Of a DNA stretch of 64,000 bases, positions 19,576 to 29,904 are shown in pieces (the first letter of the stretch is position 1; each line of letters opens with the position of its first letter). The notes under the pieces were generated by a model. That model did no database searches and was not told the origin of the DNA. It saw nothing but the letters and a program-made list of their open reading frames with translations. This DNA is from a virus, in the IMG/VR virus record IMGVR_UViG_3300034103_001746, positions 85,533 to 149,532 of that record. One strand, given 5' to 3'. The position numbers and the translations under genes are program-made.

Positions 19576-20732
19576 ATAATTTTTCCCATATATTCCACGA
19601 TCTCCTTTTTAATTTCGTCCGGTGTCATTTCTGCTATGTCTGGCTTAGATATTTGTGGTATAAATATCCTATAAGTGTTTTGACACTTATTTTTAATTTG
19701 TTCCGCAGCTTTTTTGCCCGCTTCGTCATTATCTGTTAATATTACTATATTCATTGCTCCAGAAGAATCAAGTATTATTTTCTGTCTATCGCTCAACGAA
19801 GAACCAAACATGGCTACGCTATTATGTATATGATTTTCTTCTAACTTCCATACATTTCCTGGGCTTTCTACAATAATAACTATACCAGAATCTAGTATCT
19901 GTTTTTTTGCAAACCAGAAGTTATATAAATAATTTTGGCTTTTAAATTCATGGTTGTGCTTCCACTTTGAATATTTCCATTTTTCTTCATCAGTAGGACA
20001 ATTGTCTATCGGATTATGATGAGATTTACACTTGTCACATTTTTCAAAAATACTTCTTCCTGAACACCCAACAAGATATTTGTGGTCGTGATCATATATA
20101 GGAGCTACGGCTCTATTAAACATTTCTTTTCCTTGTTTATCACATACGCCCACATCATACTTGTCTAAGATTTCTGGAGAAAAGCCCCTATCAATAAAAT
20201 ATTGTGCTGGTATGGTCAAAGACTTTCTTACAGAGTCTCTAGAGACTAAGGCAGATGCTAAAGGGGTTGGCTCCGATTTCATATGGCCCACCAGACTAGT
20301 GAAAAGTCTTTTGTCTCTATCTGCTTTAGATATTTTAATTTGTTTTAAGTCTTTTTTGAGAAAAGTTAAACAATAATCTAATGCCTCATCAAAAGTGCAA
20401 GTAGAATCTCCCTGTTTTTGCCAGCCGTGTTTTTTATTGGACAAAACCCCTCTTACAAATCCAATGATAGAACCCTTAAAACACTCTTCACAACCGTGTG
20501 TTCTACATTTCCAGTTACCCCTATAGTTATCTCCCTCATAATATATATTAAGAGCTGAACTATTATCCCCGTCATGAATAGGACAGGCCATAGATAACAT
20601 CTTGGGTCTAAGATTATATTCTAATCCTAGATTATCCATTAATGATTCTATATTATCGCAAAGATCGTCGCAAACTACTTTAAGCTTGGCTTGATCAATT
20701 GAACGGGATTTCTTCTGCATGGCTGTTTTCAT
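19572..20732 (-). CDS. dnaG: DNA primase (CHC2 Zn finger + Toprim)
   Basis: CPIH...WKCRTHGC, GCSGRS, IVESPGN, LTDNDEAG. Confidence 0.88.
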   Translation of the reverse strand: MKTAMQKKSRSIDQAKLKVVCDDLCDNIESLMDNLGLEYNLRPKMLSMACPIHDGDNSSALNIYYEGDNYRGNWKCRTHGCEECFKGSIIGFVRGVLSNKKHGWQKQGDSTCTFDEALDYCLTFLKKDLKQIKISKADRDKRLFTSLVGHMKSEPTPLASALVSRDSVRKSLTIPAQYFIDRGFSPEILDKYDVGVCDKQGKEMFNRAVAPIYDHDHKYLVGCSGRSIFEKCDKCKSHHNPIDNCPTDEEKWKYSKWKHNHEFKSQNYLYNFWFAKKQILDSGIVIIVESPGNVWKLEENHIHNSVAMFGSSLSDRQKIILDSSGAMNIVILTDNDEAGKKAAEQIKNKCQNTYRIFIPQISKPDIAEMTPDEIKKEIVEYMGKII

Positions 20733-22155
20733 CGTCTACTATAAATCCTTGATCTGATGTTGATTTGTTATTTACTATTTCAAGTCTAGTCTTACCTTCT
20801 GTAATTTTAGCGCACCAGCCCTTCATATGACAATTAATATAGTCATTGTCATCTAGACCTCCTCCGTGTCTACTAATAAGAGGTAAAAGCTTACGATTTC
20901 CGTTGGTCGGCCCGTCCTCCGCTATTTCCTCGTCACTCTTTCTTTTAAAGATCGTAAAATTACTACATAGCCATATTATACGATCAGATCCACTCGCTGA
21001 GTCTGTGCTTTCTTTTGTTATGCCGTCTCTATTTAATTGTATAAATGCCACAATAGGAACTTTATATCTTACAGCAAAATTATGTAGACTTGTCATCATA
21101 AAACCTAGTACTTGGTATTCTTTCATATCTTGACTAATACCCGCACTATCCATAAGTTTAAGATAATCATAAAAAATTACGCATTCTTTTGCTGTTCCGT
21201 CATCATTCAAACCAACCTCTTTTACTAGCCATCGCCTCATAATTGCCAACTGGTCTTCGAATGGTTTACCAGCAATACTTTTATGATATAGTTTCATCTG
21301 TTTTAGTTCTGAAACCGCTTGTGATATTTTTGTTTTAGAATCTGCTGTTTCGGCGAACTTTCCGGTTTCAATATGATTAATTTCTATCTCTGTCATCATC
21401 GCTAAAATTCTATGGATATGATCCTCTTTATTCATTTCTGTATCCATATTCAATACCGGTATACCAAGCTTTGCAATATTTTTACCCATATTGTCAGATA
21501 GCAATGTTTTACCGGTTTTTGGTCTGGCTCCTATTACATTAATAGTTCCTTTTCTTAAACCGCCTCCGATAGCTTGGTCATAAATAGGAAACCCGGTTGG
21601 TATACCTACTTGATCTATTTTATTTTCTTCAAGAGCTTTAATATAGTCATCAATATTAGAGCCAATAACTTCCGGGCTTCCATCAGCATCATTTAACAAA
21701 GAAGTAAAATTAAAAATGCTATCTTCTGCTAAACCTATAATAGAAGATATCGGTTCACTACCCGTTACATCTAGAATTTTTTCTTGAGCTAGTTCTAGTT
21801 GTTGTCTTAATAAACGAGCTATTTCTAGTTTGCGTATTTTTGCTGCAAATCTACGAACGTTTTCCAAACTAACTGGAAAATCCATTATAGCCCTTAGATG
21901 CTGTGCCTCTTCTTTTTTAGCAAGAACATGACTCAGATTTAATTCTTGTGCAATAGAGTATATTGAGGCTATGTCTATTTTAGCCTTTGTTTCTGATTCA
22001 CACAACTTTTTAACGCATTTAAAAATTAAAGCGTTACTATCAATAGTAAAAGATGATTCTTGGACGATATCAGCAACATCCAAAAAAGCATCTTCGCCAT
22101 AATTACAAATACCCGCCAATACGGCTCTTTCTGCCGAAGGATCACTCAAAATCAT
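20695..22155 (-). CDS. dnaB: Replicative DNA helicase
   Basis: SAERAVL, GIPTGF, GARPKTGKT, TEM, YDYLKL, QLNR, SRHG. Confidence 0.93.
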   Translation of the reverse strand: MILSDPSAERAVLAGICNYGEDAFLDVADIVQESSFTIDSNALIFKCVKKLCESETKAKIDIASIYSIAQELNLSHVLAKKEEAQHLRAIMDFPVSLENVRRFAAKIRKLEIARLLRQQLELAQEKILDVTGSEPISSIIGLAEDSIFNFTSLLNDADGSPEVIGSNIDDYIKALEENKIDQVGIPTGFPIYDQAIGGGLRKGTINVIGARPKTGKTLLSDNMGKNIAKLGIPVLNMDTEMNKEDHIHRILAMMTEIEINHIETGKFAETADSKTKISQAVSELKQMKLYHKSIAGKPFEDQLAIMRRWLVKEVGLNDDGTAKECVIFYDYLKLMDSAGISQDMKEYQVLGFMMTSLHNFAVRYKVPIVAFIQLNRDGITKESTDSASGSDRIIWLCSNFTIFKRKSDEEIAEDGPTNGNRKLLPLISRHGGGLDDNDYINCHMKGWCAKITEGKTRLEIVNNKSTSDQGFIVDDENSHAEEIPFN

Positions 22156-22165
22156 AAATTTAATT

Positions 22166-22561
22166 TCATCCTGACGCCGCTGAACACTTGTTACACTTAT
22201 ATCTATCGACGGATTCTGGTACTAGTCCAGGACTTACTTTTTCCCTTTTTCCGCATACACGACACACTACGTTTAGGAGCTTAAATGGTCTTGCTCTAGG
22301 AACCGGCGGTTGAACAACTAATTTTTTATCTACAAGAACATCCTCTTTGTGCATATTTTTTTCTGGCATGTCTGTAAATTTATTATAGTGTTCTTCTCTG
22401 CTGCCTCTGCTTTTGGATTTTCCTTGACTATTAGAAGAGTTTTTTCTTTTAGTTTTCTTAACAGAAAATTGTTTCGTTGTATCGTCATTACTACTATTGG
22501 GTAACATATTTTGTAACATAGTTATCATAGCTTGAATCTGTTCTGGTGATAAATTATCCAT
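22166..22561 (-). CDS. Hypothetical protein with C-terminal Zn ribbon
   Basis: CRVC...CNKC. Confidence 0.6.
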   Translation of the reverse strand: MDNLSPEQIQAMITMLQNMLPNSSNDDTTKQFSVKKTKRKNSSNSQGKSKSRGSREEHYNKFTDMPEKNMHKEDVLVDKKLVVQPPVPRARPFKLLNVVCRVCGKREKVSPGLVPESVDRYKCNKCSAASG

Positions 22562-23045
22562 GTTTTAAAGCCTTTATTTTTTGTATAGAAATGAGAATAT
22601 CAGATAAATTTTTAATACCATTTGCTAAATATGACAACCTATCGCTTCTTTGTTTAGCATATTTTTTAATTTTGTTTAATGATTGAGCCCTATCGTTGTG
22701 CTTAATCGCCTGATAGGCTTTTTCTACATAGCCATAACCCTTATAATTATTTATTTCGTCTGCGATAACTTCTTTAATAGTCTCTTCTGCCCAATTATAT
22801 CTAGCCAATTCTCTATTAATGGTTCGTTGCACATGAAAAGAAAATTGTCCTAATCTATATGATATTTGAGCACAATCCTCTGGTGTTAATTTTTCTAGTT
22901 CATCTCGACTCATCGTTAAATAACCATTTAATTCAGTTTCTGATAAAACAGTAGAATTATATGTAGACAATCCTAGACTATTTTCATATTGGTCTAAAAC
23001 TGTATCCCATTCATTTAATTCTTCTTTAGCATTTTTGGTTGTCAT
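22554..23045 (-). CDS. Helical hypothetical protein (possible UvsY-like recombination mediator)
   Basis: Coiled-coil character; lies between recA and dnaB. Function is inference only. Confidence 0.35.
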   Translation of the reverse strand: MTTKNAKEELNEWDTVLDQYENSLGLSTYNSTVLSETELNGYLTMSRDELEKLTPEDCAQISYRLGQFSFHVQRTINRELARYNWAEETIKEVIADEINNYKGYGYVEKAYQAIKHNDRAQSLNKIKKYAKQRSDRLSYLANGIKNLSDILISIQKIKALKHG

Positions 23046-23445
23046 ATATTATTCTATTTTTCCATTGGTCAATATCTTCATGAAATGGTAACTCAATATA
23101 TTTAATATTATTAATATCGCACCATTCTTGTTTTTCTCTATCTCTTTTTTGTGCTTTTAAAAAGTTTAACATATTCGAGTGATAGAAAGCTATAAACTTA
23201 TAATGTTGTTCTCCATGAACCTCAAAACAAATCTTTTTTAATGGTAAGTAAAAGTCTAAATAAAGAATTTCATTTTTTCTAAGTTGTATCGGTACTTCTT
23301 CTAAGATTTGTAGTGTTGGATATGATTGACTAATTAAGTTTCTAGCATTTAGATGATATGATGATTTATTGGTTATTTTACCTTTAGACATGTTTCCAGT
23401 TAGTAGCCAATTATGATTATTTCCATCTAAATCTTTTATCAGCAT
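23026..23445 (-). CDS. DUF559/Vsr-like PD-(D/E)XK endonuclease
   Basis: LDFYLP...FEVHGEQHY...RDREKQEWC. Confidence 0.75.
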   Translation of the reverse strand: MLIKDLDGNNHNWLLTGNMSKGKITNKSSYHLNARNLISQSYPTLQILEEVPIQLRKNEILYLDFYLPLKKICFEVHGEQHYKFIAFYHSNMLNFLKAQKRDREKQEWCDINNIKYIELPFHEDIDQWKNRIIYDNQKC

Positions 23446-24452
23446 TTTAGGCCCATTGTAACCTTAATATTTTTTACTAAATCTATATAAGCAGCCTCAT
23501 TATCATATAGATATTGACGTAATTTTTCTGTACCTTGAAACTTTGGTTTGTCTGGCAAAGAAGTCAAAGTATACCAGGCCCCACCTTTGTGAATAATACC
23601 CATATCAGATCCTAGTGTTATGGCTTCCATATATTTATCAACACCTTGTCCATATCTGATATAACTAGTAATATTGCCGCCTGGAGGACCAAGAGCGGAA
23701 CAAATAACTTGCCACTCAATTTCTTGTCCTATTTGTGTACTGTCCGCACTCAGAGTCCAAGGCTTGAATGTTTTTGCTCGTAACTTAATATCGGTTTGAT
23801 AAGCAATAGCCTGACCACTCTTCTCTTTAAATTCTGCACCATATCCTGTTGGATTTCCCATAAGATGAGTAATACCTATAACAATATTTTTATTAACAGG
23901 AATAACATTGGCAACTTTACGACAAAACTTAGCTAATAATTTAGCTCCGTCTGCTCTTTGCATTTTATCCATTTCACTAGTAATTTCAGCTTCGGTACAT
24001 AGTGCAGAATAGGAGTCTATGATTAGAACACATCCTGGTACTTCATTAATAATTTTTTCTGCTATTTGTAAGTATTCTTCAGCGTGTAGAATTTTTCCTT
24101 GCTGACTACCAATTACATGAAACTTATCTAGATTTAGTCCAGGTATACCTTCTAAGTCTCTTTTCTTTAGTCTACCTTCTATGTTTAGATAATACACCTC
24201 TCTGGTGTCTTTCAGATCTCCTTTATATTCTGCTCTTTGTGCTGTTGCTGCGAAGTCTAATGATGTTGTGGTTTTACCACACTTTGGCTGACCAGTTAAT
24301 ACTACAAAACTTCCTTCTGGTATTCCACCATTTAATACTATGTCTAACGACGGACTAACTGGAATAATAACGCTTTTTTTATCTACAATAGCATTGCCAT
24401 TAAGAATAATATCGTCGCCGAAATTTTTTGTTACATCTTCTTTAAGACTCAT
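23439..24452 (-). CDS. recA: RecA/UvsX recombinase
   Basis: SPSLDIVLNGGIP, GQPKCGKTT, IIDSYSAL, GGAWY. Confidence 0.92.
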   Translation of the reverse strand: MSLKEDVTKNFGDDIILNGNAIVDKKSVIIPVSPSLDIVLNGGIPEGSFVVLTGQPKCGKTTTSLDFAATAQRAEYKGDLKDTREVYYLNIEGRLKKRDLEGIPGLNLDKFHVIGSQQGKILHAEEYLQIAEKIINEVPGCVLIIDSYSALCTEAEITSEMDKMQRADGAKLLAKFCRKVANVIPVNKNIVIGITHLMGNPTGYGAEFKEKSGQAIAYQTDIKLRAKTFKPWTLSADSTQIGQEIEWQVICSALGPPGGNITSYIRYGQGVDKYMEAITLGSDMGIIHKGGAWYTLTSLPDKPKFQGTEKLRQYLYDNEAAYIDLVKNIKVTMGLKC

Positions 24453-24864
24453 TGTCTAAATCCTTAAGTTTTGAGATTATGTTTTGTGAGTGTGCGGTTT
24501 TTTGAAAAACAACATCTTCTTTTCGTTCTATCGGCTTAGTTATCGATGTGTTTTCTGTAGCCAAGATCGCAGCTTGTTGTTCTATCATAGCCGGAAGATG
24601 TGGCGCTCGCAATGAATATATTTTTTTCCCTTTGTCACTTTGCAAAGCTCTTATAATAGCTTTTGCCGGATATCTTTGTAAAAGCTTATGGGCGGATCCT
24701 ATTTGGTTTCTATAAAAAGCAGCCCATTTCTTTTGTATCCAAAATCTGTAATGAAGATCAGATTTTTCTGTTACGGCTTTTCTTTCGCATATTATCTCCG
24801 TAATGTATTGTGCCGGAGACACCTCTTTGCCGTTGGAATACTTAGACAGATATTTATCGTTCAT
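24442..24864 (-). CDS. Hypothetical protein
   Basis: 140-aa ORF in the operon. Confidence 0.65.
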   Translation of the reverse strand: MNDKYLSKYSNGKEVSPAQYITEIICERKAVTEKSDLHYRFWIQKKWAAFYRNQIGSAHKLLQRYPAKAIIRALQSDKGKKIYSLRAPHLPAMIEQQAAILATENTSITKPIERKEDVVFQKTAHSQNIISKLKDLDNES

Positions 24865-24869
24865 TTTCT

Positions 24870-25274
24870 TTATTGAACAGGCTTTACCAATTCTTGACAG
24901 GTAGCAGTCAACTTTTGTTCAAATGTACTAAAAAACTTTTCTGTATATACCATATAATCCTTTCCCGTGAGTACGGGAATATGATAATTTTTTCTAAAAA
25001 CATCTTTAACATCCTGCAAATAACCCTTATCATCGATACTACTTATTTCGGCCACAACCGTTATTTTAATCTCGTGAGGAGCTTCTGTTATGTGCGTGGG
25101 AGATATTGTTTCCGGATGTTTTTGAGACAAATCTAAAGGGGTATCATTATCTAAATGATCATATTTATGATTTTGTATACTTTTAATTTTTTCAGAAATT
25201 TTTTTTTCCAAATCAATCAATATTTGTTTTTCTTCTGGAGTTAAAATCTCTTCTAAAAAATTATTAGTTTCCAT
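24870..25274 (-). CDS. Hypothetical protein
   Basis: 134-aa ORF in the operon. Confidence 0.6.
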   Translation of the reverse strand: METNNFLEEILTPEEKQILIDLEKKISEKIKSIQNHKYDHLDNDTPLDLSQKHPETISPTHITEAPHEIKITVVAEISSIDDKGYLQDVKDVFRKNYHIPVLTGKDYMVYTEKFFSTFEQKLTATCQELVKPVQ

Positions 25275-25605
25275 TGGGTCTATATATTCCAGTATTATTT
25301 CTTACCGGTGGAGCAGTCTTCTTTTTTAATTCATCATTTAACATAGAAGATTCTTTGGTCATAATAGAGACGTTGTTTCTTTTGTTTGCCGTTTCCCTTA
25401 TCATTAAATTTTTAGATGGAGATGTGGCAACCGGTGATGATACTGTTTTGATTGGATTGCTATCGTTCGTCTTTTGTGATTTTTCTATTAAGTTCTGTAT
25501 CTGTTTTTCTGTTAAGTCTAATTCATTGGATATTTTTGTTATGCTCCAACCCTGTGAATTTAACCAAAGAGCCGCATAACTTTGTGTTTTATTAACCCTA
25601 GACAT
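25264..25605 (-). CDS. HTH-containing protein
   Basis: GWSITKISNELDLTEKQI HTH-like pattern. Confidence 0.55.
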   Translation of the reverse strand: MSRVNKTQSYAALWLNSQGWSITKISNELDLTEKQIQNLIEKSQKTNDSNPIKTVSSPVATSPSKNLMIRETANKRNNVSIMTKESSMLNDELKKKTAPPVRNNTGIYRPNGN

Positions 25606-26006
25606 TATTCCATCTCCCTTTCTGCGTTATTTAACCAGCCTATGTTTTTAGTATTTAAAAATTTTAGATACCAATCAAATGTTTTTTGATTAACTTCTCT
25701 AAACTTTTTATTGGACCTACACACACGATTTAGAAAAGAATTGTCTTGTTCTACCCCATAAATAGATAAAGGATTAAATAGCTTTCCATTGCTAGCTAAT
25801 CTAATCATGAATTTGGTAGTTCCATCTTTTCTAGAAATTTGTTTGGCAAAGACCTTCTCATTATTTTCATTAGTGAGTTTAGCTAAACCTACAGAATCTA
25901 TAAAATCCTCAAAACCCACAAGAGTAAAAAATTGCTCTTCTACATTCGAGTCTTCTGGTTTAATGTTTGTAAACACACTAGTTGGATTATATATAAAATC
26001 ACTCAT
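25605..26006 (-). CDS. Hypothetical protein
   Basis: 133-aa ORF in the operon. Confidence 0.65.
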   Translation of the reverse strand: MSDFIYNPTSVFTNIKPEDSNVEEQFFTLVGFEDFIDSVGLAKLTNENNEKVFAKQISRKDGTTKFMIRLASNGKLFNPLSIYGVEQDNSFLNRVCRSNKKFREVNQKTFDWYLKFLNTKNIGWLNNAEREME

Positions 26007-26012
26007 ATTTGT

Positions 26013-26357
26013 TTATGTCCATTTGGGTTTAGTTTTTGGTTTTTTAATTCTAGACATTCCGGTTGGAAGTTGTTTGATTGATTCTTGCTCTTTATAATCA
26101 TTGTGTTTCTTTTGTAGGGCAAGTTTTTCATCATTAGACAATCTGTCTCTATTTCTATTTGCTAAATCTCCCACTGTTTTTAGTTCACTGTCTGATTTTC
26201 TTACAGATCCAATAATAGTACTAAAATCTTCTAAATAATTTCTTTCAGTATGATTACTCCCGCAATCGCACACAGGATTATTCACATAGTCTTTTATGTG
26301 AAAAAACAATTCAAAAAAATTGTTGCACTTTAAGCAATGATAAGAATATGTTGGCAT
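26013..26357 (-). CDS. FmdB-family Zn-ribbon protein
   Basis: MPTYSYHCLKC...CDCGS. Confidence 0.8.
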   Translation of the reverse strand: MPTYSYHCLKCNNFFELFFHIKDYVNNPVCDCGSNHTERNYLEDFSTIIGSVRKSDSELKTVGDLANRNRDRLSNDEKLALQKKHNDYKEQESIKQLPTGMSRIKKPKTKPKWT

Positions 26358-26939
26358 TTATATATATGAACTAGGAAGATATGTCATCCACTCTTCAGGG
26401 ATGTCTGTCCTTATCTTAAGGAGATATGAGGACAAAGGCAAGTATTTAACACTTTTTACAGGTTCTCTTGGCAAATTTTTAAGAGGCATATTGGCCTGTT
26501 TTGGTGTTCTATTACCTTTCTTTCTATTACAATGGACACATGCTGTAACAATATTAAACCATGTTGTTGGAGATGTATCTAAATTTTTCCATAATGATTT
26601 TGGGATAACATGATCATATGTTAAATTATTGATATCTTGTTTAATCCCACAATATTGACATGTATAATTGTCTCTAATAAATATATTTCTTCTAGAAAAA
26701 TTTACTCTTTGATTATGCACTCTAAAATATTTGGATGTTCTTGCCACCGCTGGTATGGGAAACTTTTTTCCATTCACGCCAGCAATATAATCATTTTTAT
26801 AGAAATCAATAATTTCTATACCGACATTATTATCCTCTTCATGTTTAATAGACCATATTAAAGCTCTTTTCCATCCAATAACAGTTAATGGAGAGAAATC
26901 TGCATTTAAAACTAAACATCTACTGTTTTGTGTTCTCAT
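26358..26939 (-). CDS. HNH endonuclease (McrA-like)
   Basis: CLVLNADFSPL, RRNIFIRDNYTCQYCG, TYDHVIP, NIVTACVHCNRKKG; start at MRTQ preferred. Confidence 0.9.
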   Translation of the reverse strand: MRTQNSRCLVLNADFSPLTVIGWKRALIWSIKHEEDNNVGIEIIDFYKNDYIAGVNGKKFPIPAVARTSKYFRVHNQRVNFSRRNIFIRDNYTCQYCGIKQDINNLTYDHVIPKSLWKNLDTSPTTWFNIVTACVHCNRKKGNRTPKQANMPLKNLPREPVKSVKYLPLSSYLLKIRTDIPEEWMTYLPSSYI

Positions 26940-27654
26940 TTTGTTCAAAGTTATCCAATCTAGATAAAATTTTTCCAATAATGGGATTTCTCACAATATC
27001 AGAAAAATCTAGCCTTGATATACCTATTCCTTCTAAATTTTCTAATACGTTGGTCATGGTATAAAAACCACCCCGCATATGCCTAATTAAGTCTGATTGA
27101 CTAACATCGCCAGTTAATACCATCTTACTATCTGTTCCTAATCTTGTTAGCAACATTTTAATTTGATCATAAGAAGCATTTTGACATTCATCAGCCACAA
27201 TAAAAGCATTATGAAAATTACGTCCACGCATAAGTCCTAAAGGAACTATTTCTATTCTATTATTCAGTTTAAGAGTAGCAAACTGTGCGGATGAAATAAA
27301 ATAATTTACTTCATCTAATAATGGAAGCAGATATGGGTGTAATTTTTCCTCTGCTGTACCTGGAAGATAACCAATCTTTTCTCCAGATTCAACAACAGGT
27401 CTAGTGATAATAATTTTTTTAACTTTTTCGTCAAGCAGATATTCTAATGCCATACCTATTGCGATATGGGTTTTACCGCTACCTGCGACCCCATGACAAA
27501 ATGTTATAGAATTTTCTGCTATAGTTCGAATATATTCTTTCTGATTTTCACTCCTTGGCTTTAATCGATTTCGATATGTCTGTGTTACTGGTCCAATCTC
27601 ATTGGCTAGGTCTATAACTTTAGACCTTTTCTTAGAATTTTTATTTTTTCTCAA
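26920..27654 (-). CDS. phoH: PhoH-family ATPase
   Basis: GVAGSGKT, TRPVVESGE, GYLPG, MRGRNF, DECQN, LTRLG, GDVSQSD. Confidence 0.95.
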   Translation of the reverse strand: MRKNKNSKKRSKVIDLANEIGPVTQTYRNRLKPRSENQKEYIRTIAENSITFCHGVAGSGKTHIAIGMALEYLLDEKVKKIIITRPVVESGEKIGYLPGTAEEKLHPYLLPLLDEVNYFISSAQFATLKLNNRIEIVPLGLMRGRNFHNAFIVADECQNASYDQIKMLLTRLGTDSKMVLTGDVSQSDLIRHMRGGFYTMTNVLENLEGIGISRLDFSDIVRNPIIGKILSRLDNFEQNENTKQ

Positions 27655-27676
27655 GTTTTGCCCTTTTATGAATAAG

Positions 27677-29869
27677 TTAAATTAGACACGCGCCACCAGC
27701 GCAACTAATTTCCTCTATTCCAACCGTGTTATCTTCCGTCTCAGATAGTTGCGTATAATCGACCTTAGAAAAACTATTAAATAAATCACAATAGATTTTC
27801 CAATTATAAACATCTTTCATACAGTATGTTAATCTACGAATATCTCCATTAAAATATTTGCCAGCAAAGTTTTTCATTTTTGTAACAAATATTAGCTTAG
27901 ATTCGTGATGGTCCTTATGAGCTTGATTCAATGTTACATAATCACACGCTGCCCAAAGATTATTATCAAATGCATTTAATCCTAATTCTATTAAACCTGA
28001 ACACCATAATGCGGCATCTCCGTATTCCTTAACGATCTCTCTACTGGTATAAACAGTAGTGAATGGGGCTTGTGGATAATCCTTGTCTCCACTTTGAGGA
28101 ATTAAACTAATACCAGCAAAATATTTTCTATTATCATAGATATATTTAGTAACATCGTCCCATTCATCTGGTTTAACAGTAACGGTGTTACTTACATTAT
28201 GACTTAGATAATCTTGAGTACATAATGATCTATTTTTCCCAGAATGGACCCAATTTTTTTGGGTTTCTTTTACTATGGATAACATTTCCACGGCTGGAAG
28301 TTGATTCTTAAGTTTTGCACCGTCTGGAACTTCTATTGGAAACTTAATAACCTCGTCAGTATTATTGGCCGACCACGATGACTTCTCACACGCTTGCGGG
28401 TTTGATTTCTTAAAGTGTTGGTATGGTGCTTCTAAAACGTTGGCCTGTACATGGCGTATATATCGTTTAGCGTGATGTGGATGGATACCAGAACTTGTTC
28501 CAAGCATACTGCTACTAGTACCTTCTGGTTTTAAACACGTTACTCTAGCGGCTTGATTAATTTGAATTTTTTCGGCTAACTTTTTGTTAGTTTCAACAGC
28601 AATTTTAGCCCCTTTAGTAAGAACTTTTTCGGTTAAAACCAAGTCATGCTTTTCCATTGTCCCGGTTAATGAAACACCAAGTAGCGCTTCTCTTTCGAAT
28701 ATCTTTTCACTAATAGAGCCAAGATATTCTAGTTTTGTAAAACCAGCTTGTAAAGTTCCAATAATAGCAGCAGCCTTGCATCGTTCATAAAAATCTTCTT
28801 CATCAGTAACACTAGAGCAATTAATTGTTGATAAATTACAACCCTGCCATCCACTCTTTCCGCTTTCTTCATCAACTGGCCACATACCAATTTCTACACA
28901 TGGATTAAAAATCATTTCTGTTGATTCGCTCCATATGAATCCCGGTTCTCCGAATTCTTTCACAGATTGCATTAAAGTACTAAATTCCTCAAATGTAGTT
29001 TCATTTTTTAATAGGAGTGCTGAATTGTTACTTCTGGCTCTCTGTGGATTATCAATATACCAATTACCTGTTTTTGCTTTTGCCATTTCTTCATCATCTG
29101 GACTAAATAGTGCTAATGATGCGCTTCTGCGAACACCGCCAGATAGAACAGCATCACTGCTATGCATCACAATGTCATAGGCGTCAATAGGACGTAGTTT
29201 TTTTTGTCCATTAGCAATGCAACGATCAAGCAAAGCTCTAATTTTTTCTAAACCCTTTTGCAACGGCTCAAAGCCTGGAGCTTTACCAACACCAGAACTT
29301 AAAGAAGAACCCTTTTGACGAATATTAGAATAATCAAATATTACGTGAGAATTTTTATAAGTCTTAAATTCTTCTATAGGTTTACTGAAATACGAACTTA
29401 ATAGAACCCCCAATGCATCAGCCCAACCCTCTATACTATCTTCAACAACATATTTAGTACCGATACCTGGTTCTACATTATGTTCAAAAGTTGGCAATTT
29501 AGATACGTGTTGCTTTTGTACACTAAAACCTGTTCCGCTACCACACAACAATAACCAAAAACACTCTTGAAAAAATCGTAATCTATCACAATAAGAGCTA
29601 GTGCAATTGTAGATTTTTGCGTGTCTTTTAAGGATGGGTTCGCCACCAAACTGTAAGGCTCTTTGACTGCCAAGAACCTTCTTTTTATACATCATGTCAT
29701 AAGCCCAGTCTATATCTTGGCCTATATCGAAGTCAGCATATTTTGTATGCATCATCTGCTTCACTCTTTCAACAGCTTCTTTCCAAGTTTCTCTACGATT
29801 TTTGTCCTCCATCCACCGAGCGTATTTGCTGACGAAAGTATAATTTTGAAGCTCTTGTAATGCTGACAT
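27677..29869 (-). CDS. nrdJ: Class II (B12-dependent) ribonucleotide reductase, RTPR-like
   Basis: SKYAR...RRETW, YNC, GGVRRSA, NPCVEI, GCNL, KPEGT, C-terminal CAGGAC; no beta subunit nearby. Confidence 0.9.
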   Translation of the reverse strand: MSALQELQNYTFVSKYARWMEDKNRRETWKEAVERVKQMMHTKYADFDIGQDIDWAYDMMYKKKVLGSQRALQFGGEPILKRHAKIYNCTSSYCDRLRFFQECFWLLLCGSGTGFSVQKQHVSKLPTFEHNVEPGIGTKYVVEDSIEGWADALGVLLSSYFSKPIEEFKTYKNSHVIFDYSNIRQKGSSLSSGVGKAPGFEPLQKGLEKIRALLDRCIANGQKKLRPIDAYDIVMHSSDAVLSGGVRRSASLALFSPDDEEMAKAKTGNWYIDNPQRARSNNSALLLKNETTFEEFSTLMQSVKEFGEPGFIWSESTEMIFNPCVEIGMWPVDEESGKSGWQGCNLSTINCSSVTDEEDFYERCKAAAIIGTLQAGFTKLEYLGSISEKIFEREALLGVSLTGTMEKHDLVLTEKVLTKGAKIAVETNKKLAEKIQINQAARVTCLKPEGTSSSMLGTSSGIHPHHAKRYIRHVQANVLEAPYQHFKKSNPQACEKSSWSANNTDEVIKFPIEVPDGAKLKNQLPAVEMLSIVKETQKNWVHSGKNRSLCTQDYLSHNVSNTVTVKPDEWDDVTKYIYDNRKYFAGISLIPQSGDKDYPQAPFTTVYTSREIVKEYGDAALWCSGLIELGLNAFDNNLWAACDYVTLNQAHKDHHESKLIFVTKMKNFAGKYFNGDIRRLTYCMKDVYNWKIYCDLFNSFSKVDYTQLSETEDNTVGIEEISCAGGACLI

Positions 29870-29904
29870 AATAATTTTAATCTCCTAGATGTTCTAAATA
29901 TACA

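Noticed and set aside
13556-29869. Inteins or introns in dnaE, dnaB, recA or nrdJ
   Set aside because: Lengths are normal and no intein (C...HN) or LAGLIDADG blocks were seen.
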